From the NCBI GenBank assembly GCA_965224245.1, contig OZ245046.1:1312001-1376000 (forward strand): a DNA stretch of 64,000 bases, given 5' to 3'. A model generated the notes under the pieces. It saw nothing but the letters and a program-made list of their open reading frames with translations. It was not told the origin of the DNA and ran no database searches. Each line of letters starts with the position of its first letter. Positions within the stretch are counted from its first letter, which is position 1. Of this stretch, positions 16,433 through 26,553 are shown piece by piece. This DNA comes from Candidatus Eiseniibacteriota bacterium (GTDB lineage Bacteria > Eisenbacteria > RBG-16-71-46 > CAZAMP01). Made by a program: the position numbers and the translations under genes.

Positions 16433-17677
16433 ATGAAGAAGCGGAACGGAAGCGGATCGCGGCGGCTCGTGGAGATGACGGCCAAGTTCCAGGATTCCCA
16501 GCATCAGCTCATCGACACGTTGAGCAAGAAGGGCATGATCGCGGCGACCGAGCTGAAGCGACTCTCCAGCGCGGTCGATCGGGCGGTGTCCCAGAAGCGA
16601 TCGTCGGACGTTCTGGACACGGCGACGTTGCTCCACGAGCGTGTCGTCCAGGCGCTCGACACGTCGATCGACGACGTGCCCGAACAGCGCGAGGCGCGCG
16701 AGATCGAGGTCCTGGGAGCCCTCGTGGCGCTCGTCCAGTCGACCGGTGATCACCGCACGATCTTCGACCGCTCGCTGACGCTGCTCCAGGGCGCCATTCC
16801 GTTCCAGAACGGCACCCTCTTCCTGTACGACCGGACCGAGCAGGAGCTCGAGCCGGTGGCCATCGTCGGACAGCGCGTGGATCTGATCGGAGGCGTTCGC
16901 TTCGAGAAGGGCGCGGGCCTGAGCGGCTGGGTGGCCAAGAAGAAGCAGCCGATCCTGATCTCCGAGCTCGCCCGCCCGCCGCGACCGGACGAGCCCGCGA
17001 TCCGCTCGTTCCTGTCGATGCCGCTGGTGGTCCAGGGCGAGATGATCGGTGTCCTGAACCTCGGACATGCCACGCCGCGGACGTTCGACGAGGTCCATCA
17101 GCGTTTCGTGGGCCTGTTCGGCGCCATCCTCGCCGGGGTTCTCGAGCGTGCGCTGACCGAGCGCGAGCTGCGCCGGCAGACCGTCTGCGACCGGCTCACC
17201 GGGGTCTACGGCCGCCGCCACTTCCAGGAGCGACTCGACGCCGAGATCGAGCGCGCGCGGCGCCACTACCAGCACTTCTCGCTACTGTTCCTGGACGTCG
17301 ACGACCTCGATTCGTTCAACACGCGCTACGGACACCAAGCCGGCGACCGGGTGTTGATCGAGGTCAGCAAGGTGCTCCAGCGCTGGTGCCGGGCGTCGGA
17401 CATCGTGGCCCGGTACGGGGGCGAGGAGTTCGTCGTACTGATGCCACAGACGGACCCCGACGAGGCGGGCATCGCCGCCGAGCGCCTGCGCCGGGCGATC
17501 GAGACACACACGTTCCCGCAGAAGCGCCGCGTGACGGTCTCGGTGGGCGCGGCGGCGTTCCCGGGCGACGCCGACACCGACCTCGATCTCCTCGCCAAGG
17601 CCGAGCAGGCGCTGTTCATGGCCAAGAAGGACGGTCGCAACCGGGCCCTGGCGTTCAGCGCGCTGGCGATGCACTAG
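16433..17677 (+). CDS. GAF-GGDEF diguanylate cyclase
   Basis: DRLTG, FNTRYGHQAGD, RASD I-site, RYGGEEF; GAGGAGG RBS. Confidence 0.92.
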   Translation: MKKRNGSGSRRLVEMTAKFQDSQHQLIDTLSKKGMIAATELKRLSSAVDRAVSQKRSSDVLDTATLLHERVVQALDTSIDDVPEQREAREIEVLGALVALVQSTGDHRTIFDRSLTLLQGAIPFQNGTLFLYDRTEQELEPVAIVGQRVDLIGGVRFEKGAGLSGWVAKKKQPILISELARPPRPDEPAIRSFLSMPLVVQGEMIGVLNLGHATPRTFDEVHQRFVGLFGAILAGVLERALTERELRRQTVCDRLTGVYGRRHFQERLDAEIERARRHYQHFSLLFLDVDDLDSFNTRYGHQAGDRVLIEVSKVLQRWCRASDIVARYGGEEFVVLMPQTDPDEAGIAAERLRRAIETHTFPQKRRVTVSVGAAAFPGDADTDLDLLAKAEQALFMAKKDGRNRALAFSALAMH

Positions 17678-17815
17678 CGGTACGCCGCTTCGGATACACC
17701 GGGCCGGCGCCCGTTCGGGCGGGCGCCGGCCGACGCGGCCCGTTCATGCGAGGGGTTTCTGGTACTGTCACCCCGAGCGCGATCGAGTGGGCCGGATCGC
17801 ACACGAGGACGGAGC

Positions 17816-19597
17816 GTGGGCCAGATCGACGATACACGATCCCGAGACGACGGACGCCGACCGGACGGGGGCGGCGGCGACCCGAACGATCCCGCGCGCC
17901 GCCTCCTGGTCGTCGACGACGATCCCCACGTGCTGGAGGTCGTCTCCGAGCTCTTTGCCTCCCACGGCTACTCCATCGCCGAGGCCACGAACGCGCGCGA
18001 CGCGATCGCGCTCCTGGACGCCGAGGAGTTCGACGGCGTCGTCACCGACCTCAGCCTCCGTGGCGACAGTGGCCTCGACGTGCTCCGGGCCGCGCGGCGT
18101 CGAGACCCGGACGCGGTCGTCGTGCTCGTGACCGGCTTCGCGTCGGTCAGCACGGCGATCGGCGCGCTCCGGGAAGGCGTGTACGACTACCTCACCAAGC
18201 CGTTCGATCTCTACCAGCTCAGCCAGGTCGTCGAGCGCGGGATCGCCGCGCGCGAGCTGGCGCGCGAGAATCGCCGTCTCGTGTCCGACCTCCGGGCCGC
18301 GAACGCGCGGCTGCGCTCGCAGGAGGAGGTCCTCGAGGCCAAGGTCCGCGAGGCGACCGCGCGCCTCCGCACGCTGTATGCGGTGGCCCGGGATGCAACC
18401 GGCGAGCTGGACCTGACCGGCGCGCTGGAGCTGATCGTGACCAACGCGGTGCGGCTCGTGCACGCGCAGGTCGGTCTCGTGTTCGTCCCCGACGAGGACT
18501 CCGGCGGCCTGCGCTGTGCGATGGCTCACGGTCTCGGCGGGGAGGCGCACGCGGTCACGGCGGCACCGGTGACCGGTGGTCCGCTGTACGTGGCGCTCCA
18601 GGAGCGACGGGCGTTCCACTGGCGACCGGCCGGCGGCGATGGCGTGAGTCCCCACGAGCGGATGCTGTCGCAGGCGCTCGATCGGGACGCGCTCGTGGCC
18701 CCGCTGGAGTTCAAGGGAGAGGTCGTGGGGCTCCTGGTCATCGGCGACCCGTTCGACGATCGGTTCGACGACGATGCGATGGAGCTCCTGACGCTGTTCG
18801 CGCTGCAGGCGGCGAACGCGCTGGGCAACGCGCGCCAGCACGAGGCGCTCAAGGACGTCGAGCAGCTGAAGTCGGACTTCGTGGCGATGGTCTCGCACGA
18901 GCTCCGGACGCCGCTGACGGCGGTCAAGGGGAGCCTGGATCTCCTCGACGCCGAGCTTCACGATCGTGTCGACGACGGGCAGCGCGACCTCCTGCGCATC
19001 TGTGACGCGAACTGCAAGCGTCTCCTGTCGATCGTGAACGACGTCCTCGACTTCAGTCGACTGGAGGCCTCCCGGCTTCCCCTGCAGCTGGCGCCGGTCG
19101 ACGCCTGGCCGCTCATCCATGCCGCGGCCAAGGACATGGAGGCACTGGCGGCGGAGTCCGAGGTGCACATCCGCTGCGACGTGGGCGAGAACCTCCCGCA
19201 GGTCGTGGCGGACGAGATGCGAATCTCGCAGGTGCTCATGAACCTGCTCTCGAACGCGATCAAGTTCTCGCCGGACGGTGGGGAGGTCGTTCTCCGCGCA
19301 CGAGCCGCTCACCCCGACGGGCTCGAGTTCACGGTCGTGGATCACGGGTGTGGGATTCGCGCGGCGGACATCCCGAATCTCTTCCAGCGCTTTCGCCAGC
19401 TCGACGGCGGCGCCGCCCGGCCCGTCGGCGGCACCGGGCTCGGGCTGGTGATCTCGAAGTCGATCGTCGAGGCTCACGGTGGCCGGATCTGGGTGGAGAG
19501 CGAGGAGGGGGTGGGCAGCACCTTCGGCTTCATCTTGCCCGCCGATCCGCTCGACGCGACCGAGACCGACACGCCGCGGCTGGCCAGCCTCTCCTGA
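17816..19597 (+). CDS. Hybrid sensor kinase (REC-GAF-HisKA-HATPase)
   Basis: VVDDD/TD receiver, VSHELRTPL, NLLSNAIKFS, GTGLGL. Confidence 0.92.
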   Translation: MGQIDDTRSRDDGRRPDGGGGDPNDPARRLLVVDDDPHVLEVVSELFASHGYSIAEATNARDAIALLDAEEFDGVVTDLSLRGDSGLDVLRAARRRDPDAVVVLVTGFASVSTAIGALREGVYDYLTKPFDLYQLSQVVERGIAARELARENRRLVSDLRAANARLRSQEEVLEAKVREATARLRTLYAVARDATGELDLTGALELIVTNAVRLVHAQVGLVFVPDEDSGGLRCAMAHGLGGEAHAVTAAPVTGGPLYVALQERRAFHWRPAGGDGVSPHERMLSQALDRDALVAPLEFKGEVVGLLVIGDPFDDRFDDDAMELLTLFALQAANALGNARQHEALKDVEQLKSDFVAMVSHELRTPLTAVKGSLDLLDAELHDRVDDGQRDLLRICDANCKRLLSIVNDVLDFSRLEASRLPLQLAPVDAWPLIHAAAKDMEALAAESEVHIRCDVGENLPQVVADEMRISQVLMNLLSNAIKFSPDGGEVVLRARAAHPDGLEFTVVDHGCGIRAADIPNLFQRFRQLDGGAARPVGGTGLGLVISKSIVEAHGGRIWVESEEGVGSTFGFILPADPLDATETDTPRLASLS

Positions 19598-19649
19598 TCC
19601 CGCCGCCGTTCGCCCCCCGTCGCGTCCCCTGCCGGGAGCCGTTTTGACA

Positions 19650-19676
19650 TAAAGATAGGGCTCCGGCGATCGATCC
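19650..19676 (+). promoter_or_regulatory. Weak sigma28-like promoter upstream of glycan genes
   Basis: TAAA-N15-ATCGATCC; overlaps a TTGACA. Confidence 0.3.
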
Positions 19677-19774
19677 ATAGAAAGACGTCGCTCGCGAACG
19701 GAGGTCCCCGTCGGGGCCGTTCGCCGGCGATCCGCGATCGATCGCGGCTCTCGCGAATGCAGGAGGAGTGCCCC

Positions 19775-20920
19775 ATGCAGGTCCCGCTGATCGACGTGTC
19801 GCGCCAGCACCACGTCGTGTCCGACGAGCTGCAGGCTCGTTGGCGTCAGATTCTGTCGTCCGGAGCCTTCGTCGGCGGGCCGTTCGTCAGCGAGTTCGAG
19901 ACCGCGTTCGCGGAGTATCTCGGCCTGGATCACGTCGTCGCCGTGTCGTCGGGAACCACCGCGCTGCACCTCGCGCTCCGCGCCCTGGCGCTGGAGCCGG
20001 ACGACGAGGTGATCCTGCCCACGAACTCGTTCGTGGCCACCGCCGAGGCGGTCGTGCTCGCCGGCGCGACTCCCGTGTTCTGCGACGTGGATCCGGACAC
20101 CGCGCTGATGACGCTCGACACGGTGCGCCCGCACGTCACCGACCGGACGCGCGTGATCGTTCCCGTCCATCTCTTCGGCAACGTCGTGGACATGGACCCG
20201 CTCGTCGCGTTTGCCGCGGCGCGGGGTCTCACGATCATCGAGGACGCCGCCCAGGCTCACGGGGCGGTCTACGAGTCGGCCGGTCGCGAGGGCCGTGCCG
20301 GGACGCTCGGGCACATGGCGTGCTTCAGCTTCTACCCGACGAAGAACCTGGGCACGGTGGGCGAGGGTGGCGCGGTCTCCACCGGAGACCCCCGGCTCGC
20401 CGAGCGCGTGCGGGCGCTTCGCGACCACGGCCAGTTCGAGAAGCACGTCCACCTGTGGGTGGGCGACAACGGGCGGATGCCGGCGCTGCAGGGCGCCGCT
20501 CTGGGCCTGAAGCTGCCGAGTCTGGATCGCGGAAACGCACGGCGGCGCGAGATCGCGACGATCTACCGGGCCGCGCTCTACGATTCGCCGTTCGTCCCGA
20601 TCGCTCAGCCCGCGTGGAGCGAATCGGTCTATCACCTGTTCGTGGTCCGCGTCGCGAAACGGTCGAGGTGTCGCGAGATGTTGACCGAGAACGGTGTGGC
20701 GACGGCCGTGCACTACCCGACACCGATTCATCTTCAGCCGGCATTCGCCCGCTGGAGCGCGGGCGCCAGATCGCTTCCGGCGGCCGAGGCGCTCTCGGCG
20801 GAGATCGTCTCGCTGCCGATGTTTCCCGAGCTGAGCGACGTGGAGCTCGAGCACGTCCTGAGGACGCTGCGCGTGGTCGGTGAGCGCGTAGCGCGGGACG
20901 CGATCTCCGCCGCCGCCTAG
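19775..20920 (+). CDS. DegT/DnrJ/EryC1/StrS family aminotransferase
   Basis: SSGTTALHLAL, IIEDAAQAHGA, FSFYPTKNLG..GEGGA. Confidence 0.95.
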   Translation: MQVPLIDVSRQHHVVSDELQARWRQILSSGAFVGGPFVSEFETAFAEYLGLDHVVAVSSGTTALHLALRALALEPDDEVILPTNSFVATAEAVVLAGATPVFCDVDPDTALMTLDTVRPHVTDRTRVIVPVHLFGNVVDMDPLVAFAAARGLTIIEDAAQAHGAVYESAGREGRAGTLGHMACFSFYPTKNLGTVGEGGAVSTGDPRLAERVRALRDHGQFEKHVHLWVGDNGRMPALQGAALGLKLPSLDRGNARRREIATIYRAALYDSPFVPIAQPAWSESVYHLFVVRVAKRSRCREMLTENGVATAVHYPTPIHLQPAFARWSAGARSLPAAEALSAEIVSLPMFPELSDVELEHVLRTLRVVGERVARDAISAAA

Positions 20921-20946
20921 CGTCGCGTTTTCGCGGCGAGGACCTC

Positions 20947-22515
20947 ATGCACGCGCTGCCCTGGATCGACCCGGAGCCCGACTCTCCGTCCCTCGCGCTG
21001 GCACCGTGTCCGGGTGTGCGCGAGCGCGTCTCCGCCCGGCGGCGGCTGTCTCGCGCCGCACTGATCGCCGACGCGGCCGCGATGACCGCGGTGACGGCCG
21101 TAGCCGCGCTGGTCGCGTTGCTGTGGCCGTCGCTTCCGCGCGCGGGTGCGGTCCCGGCCGCTCTCGTCGTCGCGACCGTGTTCGCGGTCAACGCGATCTC
21201 GGATCGATACCGCTGGGTCACGCTCACCGATGCGTCGGATCGGCTCCGGGCGCGTCGCACCGCGGCCGTCGGCATCGGGATCTCGGCACCCCTGGTCGGG
21301 GGCGTTGCGGCCGGGCTGGCGACGCTCGGCGGGCAGGCGCTCGACGCGCTGGTCTGGACCGAGGCGCTTCTCCTGGGTGCGATCCCGGCAGTCGAGTCCG
21401 CGCGAGCGGTGATCGCACGCGTCGTGCTGCCCCCGCTCCGAGACGCGGTCCGCCGCCGCACGTTGCTGGTGTCGGACGCGGTCGGGCCCACGGACGCGGA
21501 CGTTCCCGATCTGATCTGGAACCGTCCCGGAGGCGCCGGATACCCCGCCGATCCCTGGTACGAGGACGTGCTGATCCCGTGCGAGCTCTCGCTCGCGGGG
21601 GCGGCGCGGGTCTCCGGAGCCGGCGCCCTCGCGCTTGCGCCCGAGCACGACGTCGTCACGCACGTCGTGCACGAGGTCGTGCGATCAGGCGCCGATCGCG
21701 TCGTCATCGACGGGCTCGGGGACGCCTCGCGCGAGCTCATGGATCTCGCGGTCGGCGTGGCGGCTCGCGGGATCGACGTCTGGGTGGCGTCGACTCTCTG
21801 CGACGCCCTCCGCGGTCGCGTGACGGGACCCGGTCGCGACGGCGTCCCGCTCCTCCGCGTCCCCGGCGCCGCCGCTCGCGCGCGAGGGGCGCGACTCCGA
21901 CGTCTGCGAGACGTCGTGGGAGCCGCGATGGGTCTCGCGCTGGCCAGTCCCCTCCTGATCGGGCTGAGCGTGCTGATCGGAGTGACCAGCCGGGGGCCGA
22001 TCCTGTTCCGTCAGACCCGGATCGGCCGGGACGGGCGGCCGTTCACGTTCTTCAAGTTCCGCACGATGGTGCACGGCACGCCGCCGGACCGGCACCGTGC
22101 GTACGTCACGGATCTGATGCAGTCCGGCCGTCCCGCCGGCGCCGACCCGAACGGGACGGCCGTGTTCAAGCTGGTCGACGACCCCCGCGTCACCCGCGTC
22201 GGCCGCTTCCTGCGCCGGACCAGCCTCGACGAGCTCCCGCAGCTGCTCAACGTGTTGCGCGGCGACATGAGCCTCGTCGGACCGCGCCCCTGTCTTCCGT
22301 ACGAATGGGAGCTCTACGACCCGTGGCAGCGGGTCCGTCTCCGGGTCACGCCCGGATGTACCGGTCTGTGGCAGGTGACCGGTCGGAGCCGCGTGAGCGT
22401 GGACGGCATGATCGTCCTGGATCTTCACTACATCGCCACCCGCACGTTCTGGCGAGACGCGTCGCTCATCCTGCGAACGGTTCCGGTGATGGTGTGTGGG
22501 CGGGGAGGGCACTAG
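20947..22515 (+). CDS. Polyprenyl glycosylphosphotransferase (bacterial sugar transferase, WcaJ/ExoY-like)
   Basis: [48 protein letters not shown]. Confidence 0.92.
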   Translation: MHALPWIDPEPDSPSLALAPCPGVRERVSARRRLSRAALIADAAAMTAVTAVAALVALLWPSLPRAGAVPAALVVATVFAVNAISDRYRWVTLTDASDRLRARRTAAVGIGISAPLVGGVAAGLATLGGQALDALVWTEALLLGAIPAVESARAVIARVVLPPLRDAVRRRTLLVSDAVGPTDADVPDLIWNRPGGAGYPADPWYEDVLIPCELSLAGAARVSGAGALALAPEHDVVTHVVHEVVRSGADRVVIDGLGDASRELMDLAVGVAARGIDVWVASTLCDALRGRVTGPGRDGVPLLRVPGAAARARGARLRRLRDVVGAAMGLALASPLLIGLSVLIGVTSRGPILFRQTRIGRDGRPFTFFKFRTMVHGTPPDRHRAYVTDLMQSGRPAGADPNGTAVFKLVDDPRVTRVGRFLRRTSLDELPQLLNVLRGDMSLVGPRPCLPYEWELYDPWQRVRLRVTPGCTGLWQVTGRSRVSVDGMIVLDLHYIATRTFWRDASLILRTVPVMVCGRGGH

Positions 22516-22517
22516 GC

Positions 22518-23570
22518 ATGACACGAGCGAACATGAAGGTGGGCGTCGTCGGTTGCGGCTACTGGGGACCGAACCTCGTCCGGAACCTGGTCGCGCACGA
22601 GCGGTGCGACGACGTCGTGTGCTGCGACACGGACGTCTCGCGGCTGAAGCTGGTGAAGAGGCGCTATCCGTCGGTGTCGGTCCTGACCGATGCCGACGCG
22701 ATGCTGGCCGACGAGACCGTGGATGCAGTCATGGTCGCCACGCCGCTCACTCAGCACTACCCGCTGGCCAGGGCGGCGCTGAACGCCGGCAAGCACGTGT
22801 TCGTGGAGAAGCCGTTCACGGGCTCGTCGGTCGACGCGCGGGAGCTCATCGGACTGGCGCGGGCGAGAGGCCGGACGTTGATGGTCGGGCACACGTTCCT
22901 GTACAGCGCGCCGGTGCGCAAGATCAAGGAGCTGATCTCGCGAGGCGAGCTGGGAGACATCCACTACATCGCCATGAGCCGCGTGAACCTGGGACTCCAT
23001 CAGACGGACATAAGCGTGGTCTGGGATCTGGCGCCGCACGACTTCTCCATGCTCCTCTACTGGCTCGACGAGCTGCCGATCGAGGTGACGGCCATGGGAC
23101 AGGCCTACGTCCAGTCCGGCATTCCCGACGTGGCGTTCATCAATCTCCGATACCCGTCGGGCACCATCTGCAACGTGAACGTCTCGTGGCTGAGCCCCTC
23201 GAAGATCCGGCAGACCACGATCGTGGGGTCGCGCAAGATGCTGATCTACGACGACACGAGCACCAGTGAGCGGGTGAAGATCTTCGACAAGGGCGTCGAC
23301 TATCGCGACCCGGCGACTTTCGGCGAGTTCCAGCTCTCCTATCGCACCGGCGACGTCGTCTCACCCCGGCTCGAGACCGCCGAGCCCCTCTCGGTGGAGA
23401 TCGGCGAGTTTCTCAGGGCGATCGAGACCGGCCGGCCGCCGCTCACCGACGGGGCGAACGGGCTGGCGGTGGTGGAGATGCTGGAGAGCGCCGAGCGCTC
23501 GCTCGTCGAGGCGAGCCGCGGCCGAACCGCCCGGATTCCGGACCGGGAGCTGGCGCCGTCGCTCGAGTGA
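22518..23570 (+). CDS. Gfo/Idh/MocA oxidoreductase (sugar-nucleotide dehydrogenase type)
   Basis: GVVGCGYWGPNL, KHVFVEKP, WDLAPHD. Confidence 0.9.
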   Translation: MTRANMKVGVVGCGYWGPNLVRNLVAHERCDDVVCCDTDVSRLKLVKRRYPSVSVLTDADAMLADETVDAVMVATPLTQHYPLARAALNAGKHVFVEKPFTGSSVDARELIGLARARGRTLMVGHTFLYSAPVRKIKELISRGELGDIHYIAMSRVNLGLHQTDISVVWDLAPHDFSMLLYWLDELPIEVTAMGQAYVQSGIPDVAFINLRYPSGTICNVNVSWLSPSKIRQTTIVGSRKMLIYDDTSTSERVKIFDKGVDYRDPATFGEFQLSYRTGDVVSPRLETAEPLSVEIGEFLRAIETGRPPLTDGANGLAVVEMLESAERSLVEASRGRTARIPDRELAPSLE

Positions 23571-23732
23571 CGCTGGAGCGTCGTGTGAGGGAGCACGGCG
23601 GGCCCGAGCCGGGCCACGGCTTCCCGTCGGATCGGCGCTTGACCCTCAAATCGACGCGCTGCTAGCCTCGTTGCCCTGAGAACGGCTCGCAGCCGGAGCG
23701 GCGCCCGAGCGCCCTTCGACGATCGAGTGTCG

Positions 23733-23758
23733 ACCCGCCGGACTCCGGCGGGTTTTTT
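23733..23758 (+). terminator. Intrinsic terminator about 40 nt upstream of valS
   Basis: ACCCGCCGGA-C-TCCGGCGGGT followed by a T-run. Confidence 0.75.
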
Positions 23759-23799
23759 CGAATGGGCGCGCGAGACGACGGCTCGCCCGGGGAGGCGCC

Positions 23800-26448
23800 G
23801 TGGGGCAGCTGCCGAAGACGTACGATCCGTCACAGATCGAGGCACGCTGGTACGAGGCGTGGGACCGCGAGGGTGCCTTCGCGCCCGACGCCGACACGGC
23901 GAAGCCGACGTACGTCATCATGATCCCCCCGCCGAACATCACCGGCATCCTTCACATGGGCCACGTCCTCAACAACACGCTCCAGGACATCCTGGTCCGC
24001 TGGCGGCGCCTGTCCGGCGACGCCGTGCTGTGGCTGCCGGGCACCGACCACGCCGGCATCGCGACCCAGAACCGCGTCAAGGAGAGCCTCCAGGAGGAGG
24101 GCATCGACATGCGCGATCTGGGCCGCGAGGCGTTCGTGGAGCGGTGCTGGGCCTGGCGCGAGCAGTACGGGGGCGCGATCATCCGGCAGCTCCGCCGCCT
24201 CGGCTGCTCGCTGGACTGGTCGCGCGAGCGCTTCACGATGGACGAGGGCCTCTCGCACGCGGTGCGCGTGGTGTTCGAGACGCTGTACGAGAAGGGGCTC
24301 ATCTACCAGGGAGACTACATGACCAACTGGTGCCCGACGTGCCAGTCCGCGCTGTCGGACGAGGAGGTCGAGCACCAGGAGGTGAAGGGACGGCTCTGGC
24401 ATCTCCGCTACCCGCTCTCCGACGGATCGGGCCACATGGTCGTGGCCACCACGCGACCCGAAACGATGGTCGGCGATCAGGCGGTCGCCGTGCATCCGGA
24501 GGACGAGCGCTATGCGCACGTGATCGGCAAGACCGTTCGACTTCCGATCGTCGAGCGCGAGGTGCCGATCATCGCCGACGAGTACGTGGATCGCGAGTTC
24601 GGGTCCGGAGCGGTGAAGATCACGCCGGGCCACGACCCGAACGACTTCGAGCTCGGACGGCGACACAACCTGACGGTGCTCACGGTCATGGACGCGGCCG
24701 GACGGATGACGTCGGCCGCGGGACCGCTGGCCGGAATGTCCCGCGAGGACGCGCGCGACGAGGTGGTCCGCCGGTTCGAGGAGGTCGACCTCCTCGAGGG
24801 CACGAAGTCCCACGTACACAACGTCGGGCATTGCTACCGGGACGGCGCCGTCATCGAGCCGATCGTCAGCCGGCAGTGGTTCGTCAAGATGGCGCCCCTG
24901 GCTGCGCCGGCCATCGAGGCCGTGCGGGACGGCCGGATCACGTTCACCCCCGAGCGCTGGGCGAAGACGTACTTCCACTGGATGGAGAACATCCGCGACT
25001 GGTGCATCAGCCGCCAGCTCTGGTGGGGGCACCGGATCCCGGTCTGGTACTGCGAGGCGTGCGGTGAGGCGCATCTCGAGAAGGAGCTCGAGAAGTGCAA
25101 GTCGTGCGGCGCCAACGCGTTTCAGCAGGACCCCGACGTCCTCGACACCTGGTTCTCGTCGTGGCTCTGGCCGTTCTCCACGCTCGGCTGGCCCGAGGAG
25201 ACGCCCGATCTCGCCCGGTTCTACCCGGGGAACACGCTCGTCACCGGCCCGGACATCATCTTCTTCTGGGTGGCCCGCATGATCATGGCGGGGATGGAGT
25301 TCCGGGGCGAGATCCCGTTCCACGACGTCGTGTTCAACGGCATCGTCCGCGACGACATCGGTCGCAAGATGTCCAAGAGCCTCGGGAACTCGCCCGACCC
25401 GATCGACATCATCGACGCGAACGGAGCGGATGCGCTGCGGTTCACGATGGTCTACCTGATGCCCAAGGACGGAGACGTCAACTTCGCCGAGAAGAAGGTC
25501 GAGACCGGTAGCTTCTTCGCGAACAAGCTCTGGCAGGTCTCCCGCTTCGTTCTGATGAAGCTCGGAGACGAGTCCATAACCGACGCGCCGGCGGCCCGTT
25601 CGCTCGCCGACCGCTGGATCCGATCCCGGTTCGACGCCGTGGCCGCCGACACGACGCGATGCCTGGAGCGGTTCGAGTTCTCCGACGCGGCGCACCTGCT
25701 GTACGACTTTCTGTGGCACGAGTTCTGTGACTGGTACGTCGAGATGGTCAAGGTGCCGCTGGATCCCAGGCGGGACGTGCCGGCACCGGCCCGGGCCGCC
25801 GCCCGCGCCACGCTGGTGGACGTGCTCGCGGGAACGCTCGCGCTCCTGCATCCGTTCATGCCGTTCATCACCGAGGAGATCCACGCCCAGCTTCCGGGCG
25901 AGCGGGGTCATCTGGCGGTGGGGCGGTGGCCCCGCTCGGGGGGGACGCGTGACGTGGAGCTCGAGGCCCGGATGAAGGTCCTGATGGGGGTCGTGACCAC
26001 GATCCGGAACCTCCGGAGCGAGATGAACGTCCCACCGGCGAAGACGGCGGACGTGACGCTCCGGACGCCCGCCGGCGTGGCCGAGTGGCTCGCCGACGAG
26101 GTGGATCTGATCGCGGCGCTGACGCGCGCGGGGTCGATCGCCGTCGGCCCGGACGTGGAGCCCCAGATGCCCGCGTCGTCGGGGGTCCAGCACGACGTGG
26201 AGGTCTTCGTTCACTTGCAAGGTCTGGTCGACGTCGACGCCGAGATGGATCGACTCCGGCGGGAGCTCGACAAGGCGTCGGCACACTACCAGTCGACGTT
26301 CAAGAAGCTCAGCAACAAGGACTTCCTCGACCGGGCGCCCGAAGACGTCATTGCCCGGGAACGCGAGCGACTGGTGCGGCTGGAATCGGACCGGGAGAAG
26401 CTGAGCCGCTCGCTGGCCGTCCTGAGCGGCGAGCCGGACGCGTCGTAG
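23800..26448 (+). CDS. valS: Valine--tRNA ligase
   Basis: PPPNITGILHMGH, DWCISRQLWWGHRIP, KMSKS, C-terminal coiled coil. Confidence 0.98.
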   Translation: MGQLPKTYDPSQIEARWYEAWDREGAFAPDADTAKPTYVIMIPPPNITGILHMGHVLNNTLQDILVRWRRLSGDAVLWLPGTDHAGIATQNRVKESLQEEGIDMRDLGREAFVERCWAWREQYGGAIIRQLRRLGCSLDWSRERFTMDEGLSHAVRVVFETLYEKGLIYQGDYMTNWCPTCQSALSDEEVEHQEVKGRLWHLRYPLSDGSGHMVVATTRPETMVGDQAVAVHPEDERYAHVIGKTVRLPIVEREVPIIADEYVDREFGSGAVKITPGHDPNDFELGRRHNLTVLTVMDAAGRMTSAAGPLAGMSREDARDEVVRRFEEVDLLEGTKSHVHNVGHCYRDGAVIEPIVSRQWFVKMAPLAAPAIEAVRDGRITFTPERWAKTYFHWMENIRDWCISRQLWWGHRIPVWYCEACGEAHLEKELEKCKSCGANAFQQDPDVLDTWFSSWLWPFSTLGWPEETPDLARFYPGNTLVTGPDIIFFWVARMIMAGMEFRGEIPFHDVVFNGIVRDDIGRKMSKSLGNSPDPIDIIDANGADALRFTMVYLMPKDGDVNFAEKKVETGSFFANKLWQVSRFVLMKLGDESITDAPAARSLADRWIRSRFDAVAADTTRCLERFEFSDAAHLLYDFLWHEFCDWYVEMVKVPLDPRRDVPAPARAAARATLVDVLAGTLALLHPFMPFITEEIHAQLPGERGHLAVGRWPRSGGTRDVELEARMKVLMGVVTTIRNLRSEMNVPPAKTADVTLRTPAGVAEWLADEVDLIAALTRAGSIAVGPDVEPQMPASSGVQHDVEVFVHLQGLVDVDAEMDRLRRELDKASAHYQSTFKKLSNKDFLDRAPEDVIARERERLVRLESDREKLSRSLAVLSGEPDAS

Positions 26449-26553
26449 CCCGCGACGTTCCCGGCTGGACGCCCGTCGCAGCCGACTCCCGAGGACCGTT
26501 GCGTCCGCGACGGCCCGATCGACGACACGCGCCCGAGCGGAAGGAACCGACGC

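Noticed and set aside
23678-23700. Hammerhead-like CTGAGA-stem motif in the valS leader
   Set aside because: Lacks the CUGANGA and GAAA core and stem III, so it is not a supportable ribozyme.
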